A DNA stretch of 64,000 nt from Oscillospiraceae bacterium (lineage in GTDB: Bacteria > Bacillota > Clostridia > UMGS1810): positions 2,710 to 66,709 of the forward strand of contig SVKG01000001.1 of the NCBI GenBank assembly GCA_015068565.1, read 5' to 3'. Below are positions 37,063 through 46,934 of this stretch, piece after piece. The stretch's first letter is position 1. Every line of letters starts with the position of its first letter. The position numbers and the translations under genes were made by a program. A model generated the notes under the pieces. It was given only the letters and a program-made list of their open reading frames with translations. It ran no database searches and was not told where the DNA came from.

Positions 37063-38472
37063 TTATCTCTTTGAATTTTTCACAACCACTTTATAAAGAG
37101 CCACAAGGGCAATGACATTGGGGATTACCATAAGGTAGTTGAAAAAGTCGGTAAGTTCCCACACGAGGTCGTTGGAGAGAAGTGAGCCCGTAAAGATAAA
37201 TGCAATGGCGATGACAGCATATATAACCGTACCCCATTTGCTGTTTTTTGTAAGGTAACGTGCGTTGATTTTACCGAAGAAATTCCAGCCGATAATGGTG
37301 GAAAGAGCAAAGAAGAACAGACAGACCGCCACAAAGCCGTTACCGAAGGTTTCCGAGCCGATTGCGCTGCCAAATGCCATCTGCATAGCGCTTGTCTTTG
37401 TGACTATTGCGTTCGCACCCGATGTGGCAGCCATATACGCATCACCCGCAAGACCTGCAAGAGGGCCGTCACCTGCATAGAGACAGGAGATAACCACAAG
37501 GGCTGTCATAGTAAGCACGATGAATGTATCAATAAACACGCCTATCATTGCGACAACGCCCTGATCGTGGGGCTTTGATACATTTGCCATTGCGTGGGCA
37601 TGGGGAGTAGAACCCATACCTGCCTCGTTGGAGAAAAGTCCTCGTTTTGCACCCTGACTGATGGCGGTTTTGAGTGCATAACCTATACCGCCGCCGATGA
37701 GAGCAGAGGGGGTAAAGGCAAACTTGAATATCATACCGATTGTCTCGGGAAGGAATCTTGCCCTTATGCAAAGAATCACGATTCCGCTAAGGATATAAAA
37801 AAGCGCCATAAGGGGCACCATCTTCTCTGTAACCGATGCAAGGCGTGAAACACCGCCGATAAATATTACCGCAGCAATAACGGATACTGCCGCACCCATC
37901 ACCCATACAGGGATACCGAAGGCGGTGTTGCAGGTCTCGGCAATGGAGTTGGACTGTACCATACTGCCCATAAATCCCAGAGCAAGAACAGATGCGATTG
38001 CAAAGAATACGGAAAGGAATGTGCCAAAGCCGTTGGGGAACGCTTTCTTAATGTAGTAAACAGGTCCGCCGCTTATTTCACCCTTTTCGTCTTTGATTCG
38101 TGTCTCCTGTGCCAGCACCGCCTCGGCATAGATTGTAGCCATACCGAGGAATGCAATAACCCACATCCAGAAGATTGCACCGGGTCCGCCTACAAGAATC
38201 GCACCGGAAGCACCCACGATGTTTCCCGTACCTACCTGAGCCGCAATGGCTGTGGCAAGGGCCTGAAAGGAACTTAATCCCCCGCTCTGCTTACCTCCGC
38301 GAAACTTTAAGTTGCCGAAGGTCTGTCTTAACCCATCACCAAAGCAACGCACCTGAACGAATTTTGTCTTGATAGTGAAAAAGAGTCCTGTGCCGACAAG
38401 CAAAGCAATTAAGATGTAGTCGGACAGGTACTTGTTGGCATTTGCCACAAGATTGAGTAGTGTTTGCTGCAT
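37063..38472 (-). CDS. alanine/glycine:cation symporter (AGCS family)
   Basis: Start set to ATG 38472 (MQQTLL, AAGGAGG RBS). About 11 TM helices with AGCS-type motifs (GGPGAIFWMW, NEAGMGS). Confidence 0.85.
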   Translation of the reverse strand: MQQTLLNLVANANKYLSDYILIALLVGTGLFFTIKTKFVQVRCFGDGLRQTFGNLKFRGGKQSGGLSSFQALATAIAAQVGTGNIVGASGAILVGGPGAIFWMWVIAFLGMATIYAEAVLAQETRIKDEKGEISGGPVYYIKKAFPNGFGTFLSVFFAIASVLALGFMGSMVQSNSIAETCNTAFGIPVWVMGAAVSVIAAVIFIGGVSRLASVTEKMVPLMALFYILSGIVILCIRARFLPETIGMIFKFAFTPSALIGGGIGYALKTAISQGAKRGLFSNEAGMGSTPHAHAMANVSKPHDQGVVAMIGVFIDTFIVLTMTALVVISCLYAGDGPLAGLAGDAYMAATSGANAIVTKTSAMQMAFGSAIGSETFGNGFVAVCLFFFALSTIIGWNFFGKINARYLTKNSKWGTVIYAVIAIAFIFTGSLLSNDLVWELTDFFNYLMVIPNVIALVALYKVVVKNSKR

Positions 38473-38564
38473 TTTGATATCCTCCTTAAGCAGTTGCGTC
38501 AATATCGAGCCCGTTTTGGGTGCGTGTTTTTACGCCACTGCATTGTTAAAATACTCGCAAATGC

Positions 38565-38597
38565 TTGAAATGAAATAAAAAAAGCCGCCATAACTTT
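38565..38597 (-). terminator. intrinsic terminator of the glycine-riboswitch expression platform
   Basis: Minus strand: gtcgcc-caaagttat-ggcggc followed by TTTTTTT, lying between the aptamer and the symporter start. Confidence 0.6.
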
Positions 38598-38639
38598 GGG
38601 CGACTCCGGACAAATATAAATGCATAGCACAAAAGATAT

Positions 38640-38730
38640 GCATTTGCTCCGTCCTTTTGCCTGAGAGATTAACCCCAAAGGGGGCTTTACACCTTCGGCA
38701 AGGCAAACTGCCTTTCTCCTGCACACTTCA
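38640..38730 (-). promoter_or_regulatory. glycine riboswitch, single aptamer
   Basis: Minus strand reads GCAGGAGAAAGGCAGUUUGCCUUGCCGAAGGUGUAAAGCCCCCUUUGGGGUUAAUCUCUCAGGCAAAAGGACGGAGC. This matches the conserved GGAGA...CCGAAGG.G.AA...CUCUCAGGCAAAAGGAC core. Confidence 0.8.
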
Positions 38731-38757
38731 TATAGCTCAAATATATAACTTGTGCCT

Positions 38758-38786
38758 ATTATATCTTCTTAGCCTCACTTTGTCAA
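38758..38786 (-). promoter_or_regulatory. consensus sigma-A promoter driving the riboswitch-symporter transcript
   Basis: Minus strand: TTGACA (38786-38781), 17-nt spacer, TATAAT (38763-38758). Confidence 0.7.
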
Positions 38787-38819
38787 CAGGAAATTTCAAA
38801 AAAATATCCGGAAAAATAA

Positions 38820-38846
38820 TACCCCCTCGCTTTCGCAGGGGGGGTA
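38820..38846 (-). terminator. rho-independent terminator after the NERD-domain gene
   Basis: G/C-rich stem cccccT..Aggggg enclosing cgctttcgc. On the minus strand it is followed by TATTATTTTT. Confidence 0.6.
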
Positions 38847-38850
38847 AATT

Positions 38851-40674
38851 TTATTTATCCATAATTCTGTATTTCTCTGTGAGGAGAATCTTGGAGGTAA
38901 GGTTTGAAATTGCATCTCTTCTAAGTTCGAGGGCGTCAATTTTATTCTTCCATGCGACGAAGTCTGTCTTCTCGGTCTTCATGGGGGAATCGTCCGCTTT
39001 TTTAAGCGCCTCTGCAAAGGTCTTCACCTTATCTGCATCGAAAAGTTCAATCCTCTTATCAAGAGTGTCTGTAAGTTCTCCGATATGAACCACCTTGTGG
39101 GCAGAATCGTTATCAAGGGAAATGTTACTTGCGATAACCATTATCTCGTGTACTTCGGGCATACTGCCGTCAGAAGTCAGTTTGGCGAGTTCTTTACCGA
39201 ACCTCTTTTTGAACGCCTGAGCATGGAATTCATTCTGCTGGAAGGGATCTCCTTCTATACGGTGAAGTTGACTGCCGTAGCACTTATACCACTCACCGTT
39301 TCTTTTGATTTCAAGGGAGTAGTCGGCGTCAAGACCATAAGTCTTAACCTCTATACAGAATATCCCCTTTTCCGATACAACGATAAAATCGCATTCTGTG
39401 TGGGATTTTTCGGCGTATTCAAAGTAGTATCCGGGAAAAACATATACTCCCCCGCGCTCTGCATACTTCCGTAGTGCTTTCTCCACAAGTTTTTCACCCG
39501 TAACACCGCTGGAAATAACGGGGTAACGCTCATCAAACGCCTCCCGCCACAGATATTTCTGCTCTCTGATTCTGGCGGTATATATATCTGCAAGGAGATT
39601 TGCACTCTTACGGAATTCAACATAATTCTCACGTGATGGTTCTCTGTCATATCCAAGGGCATCAAACACTTTTTTAATACCCTCTTCCTCATACTGGTCG
39701 GCGCTATATCCATTCTCGTCAGCCCGTTTCAATGTCTCTTCGGTCATCGTTGCAACAACGCTATCCCAATCCTGGTTGGTGCTGCCCGCAAAGGGCACTC
39801 CGCCGACAGTTGCCGCGTTCATATTATCAAGATATTCCTCGTTGGAACAGTACATTGTGGGTCTGCTTATGAAAAACTCCGGACTGCGCACCAGATTGCC
39901 CGCACCATACAGGTTGTCAATCGAACGGGTAACCTCCCCAAGGGAGGGGATGTGGTCGTCAATCTCTTTGAGCACCCATGGCTCTGGCTTGTCATCAACA
40001 AATGTGTCGTGCTGATCTTTCCCTTTGAAGTAGTCAATGGTTTGTCTGGGCATCAGGGAGTAGCCATTTCTATCCTTCATGGTGAAATAGGAACAAAGCA
40101 CCACCGCAGCCAAAGTTGAAAGTTGAATATTGTCAAACATATCAGATATCATTCTGCATCCGAGGATAACAACTCCGCAGGTAGCAAACACCTTGACTGA
40201 GTCTGAATCAGAGTGCATCCAGAAAGAACCTATGTGCTCTCTGCCCGTAAGGCACACCATCATAAGAGCAACTGCACCTACACCGATTATAACCCACACA
40301 ATATTTCCTATAATCCAGTCCGTATCTGCGTGGGCAAGGGTAGTCGTTATAAGGCGGAGGTTAAGAAGCATCATATACCCTGCAAAAATCTTGAAACCCA
40401 GCCGGATGTTCTTTGCTTTGGAAAGGGATTTGTATACATGCTTGTAGTTGTAGGGGAAGTAGATACCCTTGTTGTTGGCATTCTCAATATTTATTTCTTC
40501 ACCCTTAAGCATAATATGCAGTATAGTTCTGCCGATTAAAAATGCAACCACGACAGGCAGCCAACCGTAACAAATGTACCGAAACGACTCGGGAACAAGT
40601 GCAGCCAGAATCCTCTCAAAAATTGAGGGGATAATCCCCACAATCTTACTGATTACATCAAATAACATTTCCAT
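38851..40674 (-). CDS. membrane-anchored NERD (nuclease-related) domain protein
   Basis: 607 aa with 4-5 N-terminal TM helices (aa ~33-198). NERD core GEKLVEKALRKY...ECDFIVVSEKGIFCIEVKTYG...DPFQQNEFHAQ. RBS AAGGAG. Lies 21 nt downstream of rluD. Confidence 0.65.
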   Translation of the reverse strand: MEMLFDVISKIVGIIPSIFERILAALVPESFRYICYGWLPVVVAFLIGRTILHIMLKGEEINIENANNKGIYFPYNYKHVYKSLSKAKNIRLGFKIFAGYMMLLNLRLITTTLAHADTDWIIGNIVWVIIGVGAVALMMVCLTGREHIGSFWMHSDSDSVKVFATCGVVILGCRMISDMFDNIQLSTLAAVVLCSYFTMKDRNGYSLMPRQTIDYFKGKDQHDTFVDDKPEPWVLKEIDDHIPSLGEVTRSIDNLYGAGNLVRSPEFFISRPTMYCSNEEYLDNMNAATVGGVPFAGSTNQDWDSVVATMTEETLKRADENGYSADQYEEEGIKKVFDALGYDREPSRENYVEFRKSANLLADIYTARIREQKYLWREAFDERYPVISSGVTGEKLVEKALRKYAERGGVYVFPGYYFEYAEKSHTECDFIVVSEKGIFCIEVKTYGLDADYSLEIKRNGEWYKCYGSQLHRIEGDPFQQNEFHAQAFKKRFGKELAKLTSDGSMPEVHEIMVIASNISLDNDSAHKVVHIGELTDTLDKRIELFDADKVKTFAEALKKADDSPMKTEKTDFVAWKNKIDALELRRDAISNLTSKILLTEKYRIMDK

Positions 40675-40695
40675 AGTTTATCTCCTTTTGTGAAA

Positions 40696-41598
40696 TTATA
40701 TATGTGTCTGTCTCAACCTCTCAACAAGTTTTGCAAAATACTCCGGCGGATCGCGGTGAAACTCCATCCGCTCACCCGTTACGGGGTGGTTAAATGATAT
40801 CCTCTCCGCGTGGAGTGCCTGACCTTGGAGATTATAGGGGTTGGTCTTTGCTCCGTACACACCGTCGCCGAGAATTGGAAAGCCAATATAGGCAAGGTGT
40901 ACGCGAATCTGATGTGTTCTGCCGGTTTCAAGACGGCATTTTACAAGGGAAGCATCTTTAAGTTGCTCTAAAACTTCAAAATGAGTAACGGCATTTTTGG
41001 AGTTTTTGCTCGTTACCGCCATCTTGGTACGGATTGTGCCGTGTCTGCCTATGGGGGCATCTATCTTTCCTTTGTTTATGTTCATATTGCCGTCGGTTAT
41101 ACATATATACTCCCTTACGGCGGTTTTTTCCTTTATCTGCTGTGACAATGAGTTGTGGGCAAGGTCGGTTTTTGCCACCAGCAAAAGCCCCGAGGTTTCT
41201 TTATCAATACGGTGGACTATTCCGGGACGGGCAACACCGCCTATACCGCTTAAAGAATCACCGCAATGATGCATCAGCGCATTTACAAGTGTGCCGCTGT
41301 AATTTCCTGCACCGGGATGCACTACCATCCCCTGAGGTTTATTGATAACCAGCATATTTTCGTCTTCGAACACAATATCAAGAGGGATATCCTCGGCAGC
41401 CGCATCAAGAGGAACTGTTTCGGGAATGTCAATCTCTATGACGTCCCCCTCTTTAAGTTTATCTCTGCCCCTGGCAACGGCGCCGTTTACAGTTACAAGC
41501 CCGTCGTCGATAAGTTTTTGTATCCTTGAACGGGAGAAATCCTCTATCTCAATATATTTATCAAGCCGCTGTCCGCCGCTTTCACATATAATCTTCAT
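40696..41598 (-). CDS. rluD: RluA-family 23S rRNA pseudouridine synthase (RluD-like, with S4 domain)
   Basis: 300 aa with catalytic motif HRIDKETSGLLLVAK and an N-terminal S4-like segment. Confidence 0.8.
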   Translation of the reverse strand: MKIICESGGQRLDKYIEIEDFSRSRIQKLIDDGLVTVNGAVARGRDKLKEGDVIEIDIPETVPLDAAAEDIPLDIVFEDENMLVINKPQGMVVHPGAGNYSGTLVNALMHHCGDSLSGIGGVARPGIVHRIDKETSGLLLVAKTDLAHNSLSQQIKEKTAVREYICITDGNMNINKGKIDAPIGRHGTIRTKMAVTSKNSKNAVTHFEVLEQLKDASLVKCRLETGRTHQIRVHLAYIGFPILGDGVYGAKTNPYNLQGQALHAERISFNHPVTGERMEFHRDPPEYFAKLVERLRQTHI

Positions 41599-41613
41599 AA
41601 TTTTTCTCCCTTA

Positions 41614-44600
41614 TCAGAAAAACGAACACTGACTGCTTTCGGGCAAATCGCCGAGAGCACCGGAGTTTTTCATAACTTCAAGAACTGTTTTGTTTGCCTT
41701 TGAACGCTGCATAATATCTTCAACAGACGTAAACTCCGCCTCTTCACGGGCAGCCACTATTGACTCGGCAGCAGAAAGGCCAAGCCCTGCAATAGCATTA
41801 AGGGGAGGCAGAATCTTGCCGTCAACTTTTAAGAATTTATAGGCATGGGAAGTGAAAATGCTGATGGGCAGCATCTCTATGCCTCTTGAATACATTTCGT
41901 TGCACACCTCTAAGATTGTCATAACCGATTTGTCCTTGGCGCTTATATCCTTGCCACGAGCCTCAAACTCTGCCATGGTCTGCAAAACTTTGCTTCTGCC
42001 CTGTGCCATAAGGGAAGCATCAAACTCGTCTGCCCTTACGGTGAAATAGGTCATATAAAATTCAATGGGATAGTACACCTTGAACCATGCGATTCTGTAC
42101 GCCATGGTAACGTATGCCACCGCGTGGGCTTTGGGGAACATATACTTAATTGTTTTACAGGATTTGATGTACCATTCGGGTACATTTGCCTCTCTCATCT
42201 CTGCTTCAAACTCGTCGGTAAGGCCTTTGCCCTTACGCACCATTTCCATTATCTTAAATGCAGACTTTGGTGCCACGCCCATCTGTATAAGATAGAGCAT
42301 AATATCGTCACGCGTACAGATGGCGTTAGAAAGTGTCGCCGTACCCGCGCGGATAAGGTCCTGTGCATTGTTTGTCCATACGTCAGTTCCGTGGGAGAGT
42401 CCCGATATGCGCACAAGTTCGGAGAAGGTGGAAGGTTCGGTTTCCACAAGCATCTGCCGTACAAAGTGTGTACCAAACTCCGGCACCGCATAAGTGCCTA
42501 CCTTACTGTTGATATCCTCCGGTGTGACACCGAGCGCCTCGGTACTTTTGAAAAGGCTCATAACCTTGGGGTCGCCTGTGGGTATTTTTTTTGCATCGAC
42601 CCCCGTAAGGTCTTCAAGCATACGGATTACGGTGGGGTCGTCGTGACCGAGCAGGTCAAGTTTGAGCAGTTTACCCGAAATGGAATGATAATCAAAATGT
42701 GTAGTGATAACACCGCTGTCGGGTTTGTCGGCAGGGTACTGTATGGGCGTGAACTCGTGCACGTTCCTGTTACGGGGGATAATCATAAGTCCTCCCGCGT
42801 GCTGACCGGTTGTGTTTTTAACACCTGTACAGCCCTTTACAAGACGGGCAATCTCTGCTTTGCTCACATACTGGCCTCTGTCTTCAAAATACTTCTTTAC
42901 ATAACCGAAGGCAGTCTTATCCGCAATAGTGCCGATAGTTCCGGCGCGGAAAACGTACCCTTCGCCAAAAAGTTCCTCGGTGTATTTATGGATTTTACCC
43001 TGATAATCGCCCGAAAAGTTAAGGTCGATATCAGGTTCTTTACCGCCGCCGAAACCAAGGAATGTTTCGAACGGGATATCGTGACCGTCGTGCTTCATAA
43101 GTGCTCCGCACCTGGGGCATTCCTTGTCGGGCAAGTCAAATCCGGAACCCACGGAGCCGTCGGTGATAAACTCGCTGTATTTACATTTGGGGCACACATG
43201 GTGCGGTGGCAGAGAGTTAACCTCGGTAATACCCGAGAAGAACGCCACAAGGGACGAACCTACCGAACCACGGGAGCCTACAAGGTACCCGTCTGCATTG
43301 GATTTGTGAACAAGTTTCTGTGCGATGATATACATAACGCTGTACCCGTTATCAATAATTGAACTGAGTTCAACATCTATTCTCTCTTTAATATGCTCAG
43401 GCAGAGGGTCGCCGTAAATGGATTTGGCAGTGTTATATGTCATCTCCCGCAATTCCTCGTCGGAGCCGTCAATAATGGGGGGTGCCGTTTCCGTTGGGAT
43501 GGGTATTATATAGTCTACCATATCTGCTATCTTTGAGGGGTTATCTATAACAAGTTCCTTTGCTTTTTCCCCGCCTAAATAATCGAACTCAGAGAGCATC
43601 TCGTCAGTCGTGCGAAGATACAGAGGAGCCTGATTGTCGGCATCGTCAAAGCCCTTTCCTGCCATAAGAATACGGCGGTAAACCTCGTCCTCGGGATTTA
43701 AAAAATGTACGTCACCTGCGGCAACACAGAGTTTGCCTGTTTTTGCGGCAAGGTCCACGATCTTTTTGTTAAGGTACTTGATATCTTCCTCGCTTGAAAG
43801 AGTGCCGTTTTCAACAAGGAATCTGTTGTTGCCGAGCGGCTGGATTTCAAGGTAATCGTAGAACTTGACTATATCGTCTGTCTTTTTGGCATCTGCCCCG
43901 TCTAAAAGCGCTCTGTATAGTTCACCCGCTTCACACGCGGAGCCTACAAGCAGACCCTCCCTGTATTGTTCAATAAGGCTCTTGGGCATAATGGGTTTCT
44001 TGTGATAGTACTCCATACAGGATTTTGAAATAAGGTGATAAAGATTTTTAAGTCCCGTGTAATTGCGTACCAGCACAGTTGCATGGTAGGATTTCTGTGA
44101 TTTAAGGTCGGTTTCTTCCGCAAGGGCGGAGTTGGTTTTTGAAACCTCGGTTATGCCCCTTGCTTTGAGTATGTCTGCCAGTATTATAAATATCCGTGCG
44201 GTGGCGGCAGCATCGTCACAGGCGCGGTGGTGGTTTTCAAGTTTTACGCCGAAGTGCTTTGTAAGGGTAGCCAGTTTATGATTTTTAACATCCTTAACAA
44301 GTGTACGGGCAAGTTCCAGCGTGTCTATATACGCGTTGTCAAAAGGTATGGAATGTCTTTCCGCCGCTGCTTTTATAAAGGATGTGTCAAAGTTGGCATT
44401 ATGCGCAACAAGAACACAACCCTTTGAAAATTCAAGAAAATCTGCCACGGCCTTATCCTCTGTGGGAGCGTCGGCAACCATATCGTCGGTTATACCGGTA
44501 AGTTGCACGATGTTCGGCGGAATGGGACGGAGCGGGTTTACAAAGGTGTTGAACTCATCTACGATGTTGCCGCCTTTAATCTTTACTGCGCCGATTTCCG

Positions 44601-45882
44601 TTATACTGTCGGATGTCGCTTTAAGTCCCGTGGTTTCAATATCAAACACAACAAACTCACCGTCATAGTCTGCATCGGTACTGCCGAAGGTGATGGGCAC
44701 AGAATCGTTTATGATATACGCTTCCACGCCGTAGATTACTTTTATTTTATGCTCTTTTACCTGTCCGTCACGGTCAAACTCCACCGCCTTATGCATTGCA
44801 TTCGGGAACGCCTGTATGTTGCCGTGGTCAGTTATGGCAATGGCTTTGTGCCCCCAGCGGATAGCAGTGGCAACTAAATCTTCCACATCGGAAACCCCGT
44901 CGGTGGTAGACATTTTTGTATGCAGATGCAGTTCCACACGTTTTTCCTCAGCGGTATCCTCACGCAGGGTTTTCTTTGCCTTTTCTATAAAGTTTGCCAT
45001 AAGCACTGTTTCTTTGGCAAAGGTGTCGTACTGTACTCTGCCGCGGATTTTGTAGTGGCCGTTTTTCTTTAATCCGTCTTTTAAGGCGGGTACGTCTTTT
45101 TTATCCGCAAAAAGTTTTACGCTGTACGCAGAGGATGAGTCCGCCACAAAAAATGTGTAGAGGGTTTTTCCGCTCTGCAACTCTCTGGTGTCTAAATCAA
45201 ATATATCTCCGCACACAGTAACAGTGCCCATCTCCTCGCTGATCTGGGAAATGGGTATGATTGTGCCGTCCTTGTCTTTCCCCCGCAATGGTTTGCCGTA
45301 TACTATGCCGTCGGTCTTTTCTTTTTTTTCTTCAACAACGGGAATCTCTATCTCGGGCAGATTTTCTATTGCTTCTGCCTGCATTTCCATAAACTGCTCG
45401 TCGCTGAATTCGTCAATAAACTCCGCTTTAATATTCTCTCCCAACTGGGCAAGAACAAGTTTTTCTATTATTCTGTCGCATCCGGATTCCGAAAGCAGGT
45501 GTATGCCGTATTTACAGGTGATTTTCAAAACGCCGTTCTCGTACTTGCAGGTGCTGTCGGTAAAAAGTCCCGACACGCCCTTAACCGTTGCGGATACATA
45601 AAATATCAGGTTGCGCCAGTAACGGTCAATATCAACGGTGGCAAGGGACAAACCCTCGTACTTTACCCGTATTACCAGACTGTTTAAATTAGACTCCGTC
45701 GCCGCCTTTTCCTTAAAATCCTCGATAAGTTCATAAGGAAGCAATTCCCCGGAATAAAGAGTAATATCGAGTGTGCGGTCAATGGCACTGGCTTTTATAT
45801 TATAAACACGCGCTCCGGAAATTTCTTCGGGCACGTCAATTTTTGCAAACAATTCGCTTAATGTCAGCGGTGTTGGTGACAT
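41614..45882 (-). CDS. polC: DNA polymerase III PolC-type alpha subunit
   Basis: 1422 aa with a PHP domain, an inserted 3'-5' exonuclease (FVVFDIETTGL), a Zn finger (CPKC...CPRC) and a polymerase core. Confidence 0.95.
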   Translation of the reverse strand: MSPTPLTLSELFAKIDVPEEISGARVYNIKASAIDRTLDITLYSGELLPYELIEDFKEKAATESNLNSLVIRVKYEGLSLATVDIDRYWRNLIFYVSATVKGVSGLFTDSTCKYENGVLKITCKYGIHLLSESGCDRIIEKLVLAQLGENIKAEFIDEFSDEQFMEMQAEAIENLPEIEIPVVEEKKEKTDGIVYGKPLRGKDKDGTIIPISQISEEMGTVTVCGDIFDLDTRELQSGKTLYTFFVADSSSAYSVKLFADKKDVPALKDGLKKNGHYKIRGRVQYDTFAKETVLMANFIEKAKKTLREDTAEEKRVELHLHTKMSTTDGVSDVEDLVATAIRWGHKAIAITDHGNIQAFPNAMHKAVEFDRDGQVKEHKIKVIYGVEAYIINDSVPITFGSTDADYDGEFVVFDIETTGLKATSDSITEIGAVKIKGGNIVDEFNTFVNPLRPIPPNIVQLTGITDDMVADAPTEDKAVADFLEFSKGCVLVAHNANFDTSFIKAAAERHSIPFDNAYIDTLELARTLVKDVKNHKLATLTKHFGVKLENHHRACDDAAATARIFIILADILKARGITEVSKTNSALAEETDLKSQKSYHATVLVRNYTGLKNLYHLISKSCMEYYHKKPIMPKSLIEQYREGLLVGSACEAGELYRALLDGADAKKTDDIVKFYDYLEIQPLGNNRFLVENGTLSSEEDIKYLNKKIVDLAAKTGKLCVAAGDVHFLNPEDEVYRRILMAGKGFDDADNQAPLYLRTTDEMLSEFDYLGGEKAKELVIDNPSKIADMVDYIIPIPTETAPPIIDGSDEELREMTYNTAKSIYGDPLPEHIKERIDVELSSIIDNGYSVMYIIAQKLVHKSNADGYLVGSRGSVGSSLVAFFSGITEVNSLPPHHVCPKCKYSEFITDGSVGSGFDLPDKECPRCGALMKHDGHDIPFETFLGFGGGKEPDIDLNFSGDYQGKIHKYTEELFGEGYVFRAGTIGTIADKTAFGYVKKYFEDRGQYVSKAEIARLVKGCTGVKNTTGQHAGGLMIIPRNRNVHEFTPIQYPADKPDSGVITTHFDYHSISGKLLKLDLLGHDDPTVIRMLEDLTGVDAKKIPTGDPKVMSLFKSTEALGVTPEDINSKVGTYAVPEFGTHFVRQMLVETEPSTFSELVRISGLSHGTDVWTNNAQDLIRAGTATLSNAICTRDDIMLYLIQMGVAPKSAFKIMEMVRKGKGLTDEFEAEMREANVPEWYIKSCKTIKYMFPKAHAVAYVTMAYRIAWFKVYYPIEFYMTYFTVRADEFDASLMAQGRSKVLQTMAEFEARGKDISAKDKSVMTILEVCNEMYSRGIEMLPISIFTSHAYKFLKVDGKILPPLNAIAGLGLSAAESIVAAREEAEFTSVEDIMQRSKANKTVLEVMKNSGALGDLPESSQCSFF

Positions 45883-45896
45883 ATACTAAACCTCAC

Positions 45897-46934
45897 TTAC
45901 ATATTTTCTATTTCTCTTATAAGTTGCTCAAACAAATCCTTTTCGTCAACTTTGCGCACGATTTCGCCTTTTTTGAATATAAGGCCCTCTCCGTTGCCTC
46001 CGGCAATACCGATGTCTGCCTCACGCGCTTCGCCCGGACCGTTTACGGCACAGCCCATTACGGCAACCGTTATGGGTTTGTCAACAGTCAGCAGGTATTC
46101 CTCAACACGTTTTGCAAGGGGGATAAGGTCGATTTTCGTTCTGCCGCAGGTGGGGCAGGATACAAGCCTTGCTCCTTTATCGGTAAGGTCAAGGGATTTG
46201 AGTATCTCTCTTGCTACATAGATTTCCTTTATTGGGTCGTCGGTTAGGGATACTCTGAAAGTATCGCCGATTCCGTCACACAAAAGTGCGCCTATGCCCA
46301 CAGCGGATTTAACTGTTCCGCCAAGGTAAGTACCTGCCTCGGTAACACCGAGATGCAGGGGATAATCGTACTTTTGGCTCATCTGCCGGTATGCAGATAT
46401 GGTGGTGGGGACATCGGATGCTTTTAAAGATATTACGATATCTTCAAACCCGTATTTTAAAAGCAGTCCTATATGCTCCTCGGCACTTTCCACCAGTGCC
46501 TCAGGTGTGGGTGAGCCGTACTTTGCAAGGATGCTCTTTTCAACAGAGCCGCTGTTTACGCCTATACGGATGGGGATACCGCGCCTCTTTGCCTCCTCGG
46601 CAACTGCCCTCACGCCTTCCTCGGAGCCTATGTTGCCCGGGTTTATGCGCACCTTGTCGGCACCATGCTCCATTGCCGCCAGTGCAAGGCGATAGTCAAA
46701 GTGTATATCTGCCACAACGGGGATTGATACACGTTTTTTTATCTCTGCAAAGGCAACTGCGCTTTCCATATCGGGCACAGCGCACCTTACGATGTCACAC
46801 CCGGCACCCGCAAGAGCGTTAATCTGCTCTGCTGTGGCAATGTAGTCGGCAGTTTTTGTATTGGTCATCGACTGCACGGAAACCTTTGCGTCGCCGCCAA
46901 CGGCAACCGAACCTATGTATATACGTTTACTCAT
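45897..46934 (-). CDS. ispG: 4-hydroxy-3-methylbut-2-enyl diphosphate synthase (flavodoxin)
   Basis: 345 aa with the GcpE signature and cluster cysteines (SCPTCGR, GC.VNGPGE). Confidence 0.9.
   Translation of the reverse strand: MSKRIYIGSVAVGGDAKVSVQSMTNTKTADYIATAEQINALAGAGCDIVRCAVPDMESAVAFAEIKKRVSIPVVADIHFDYRLALAAMEHGADKVRINPGNIGSEEGVRAVAEEAKRRGIPIRIGVNSGSVEKSILAKYGSPTPEALVESAEEHIGLLLKYGFEDIVISLKASDVPTTISAYRQMSQKYDYPLHLGVTEAGTYLGGTVKSAVGIGALLCDGIGDTFRVSLTDDPIKEIYVAREILKSLDLTDKGARLVSCPTCGRTKIDLIPLAKRVEEYLLTVDKPITVAVMGCAVNGPGEAREADIGIAGGNGEGLIFKKGEIVRKVDEKDLFEQLIREIENM

Noticed and set aside
38851-40674. Whether the NERD gene is part of a horizontally acquired island
   Set aside because: By eye its base composition is not clearly different from its neighbours. 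No flanking repeats, integrase or tRNA junction were found. This cannot be decided without computing GC content and codon statistics and comparing genomes, so no island is claimed.
42124-43362. 412-aa ORF on the plus strand inside polC
   Set aside because: It is entirely antisense to a well-supported PolC coding region. The translation is low-complexity, Cys/His/Phe-rich nonsense with no RBS or motif, as expected for a chance antisense ORF.
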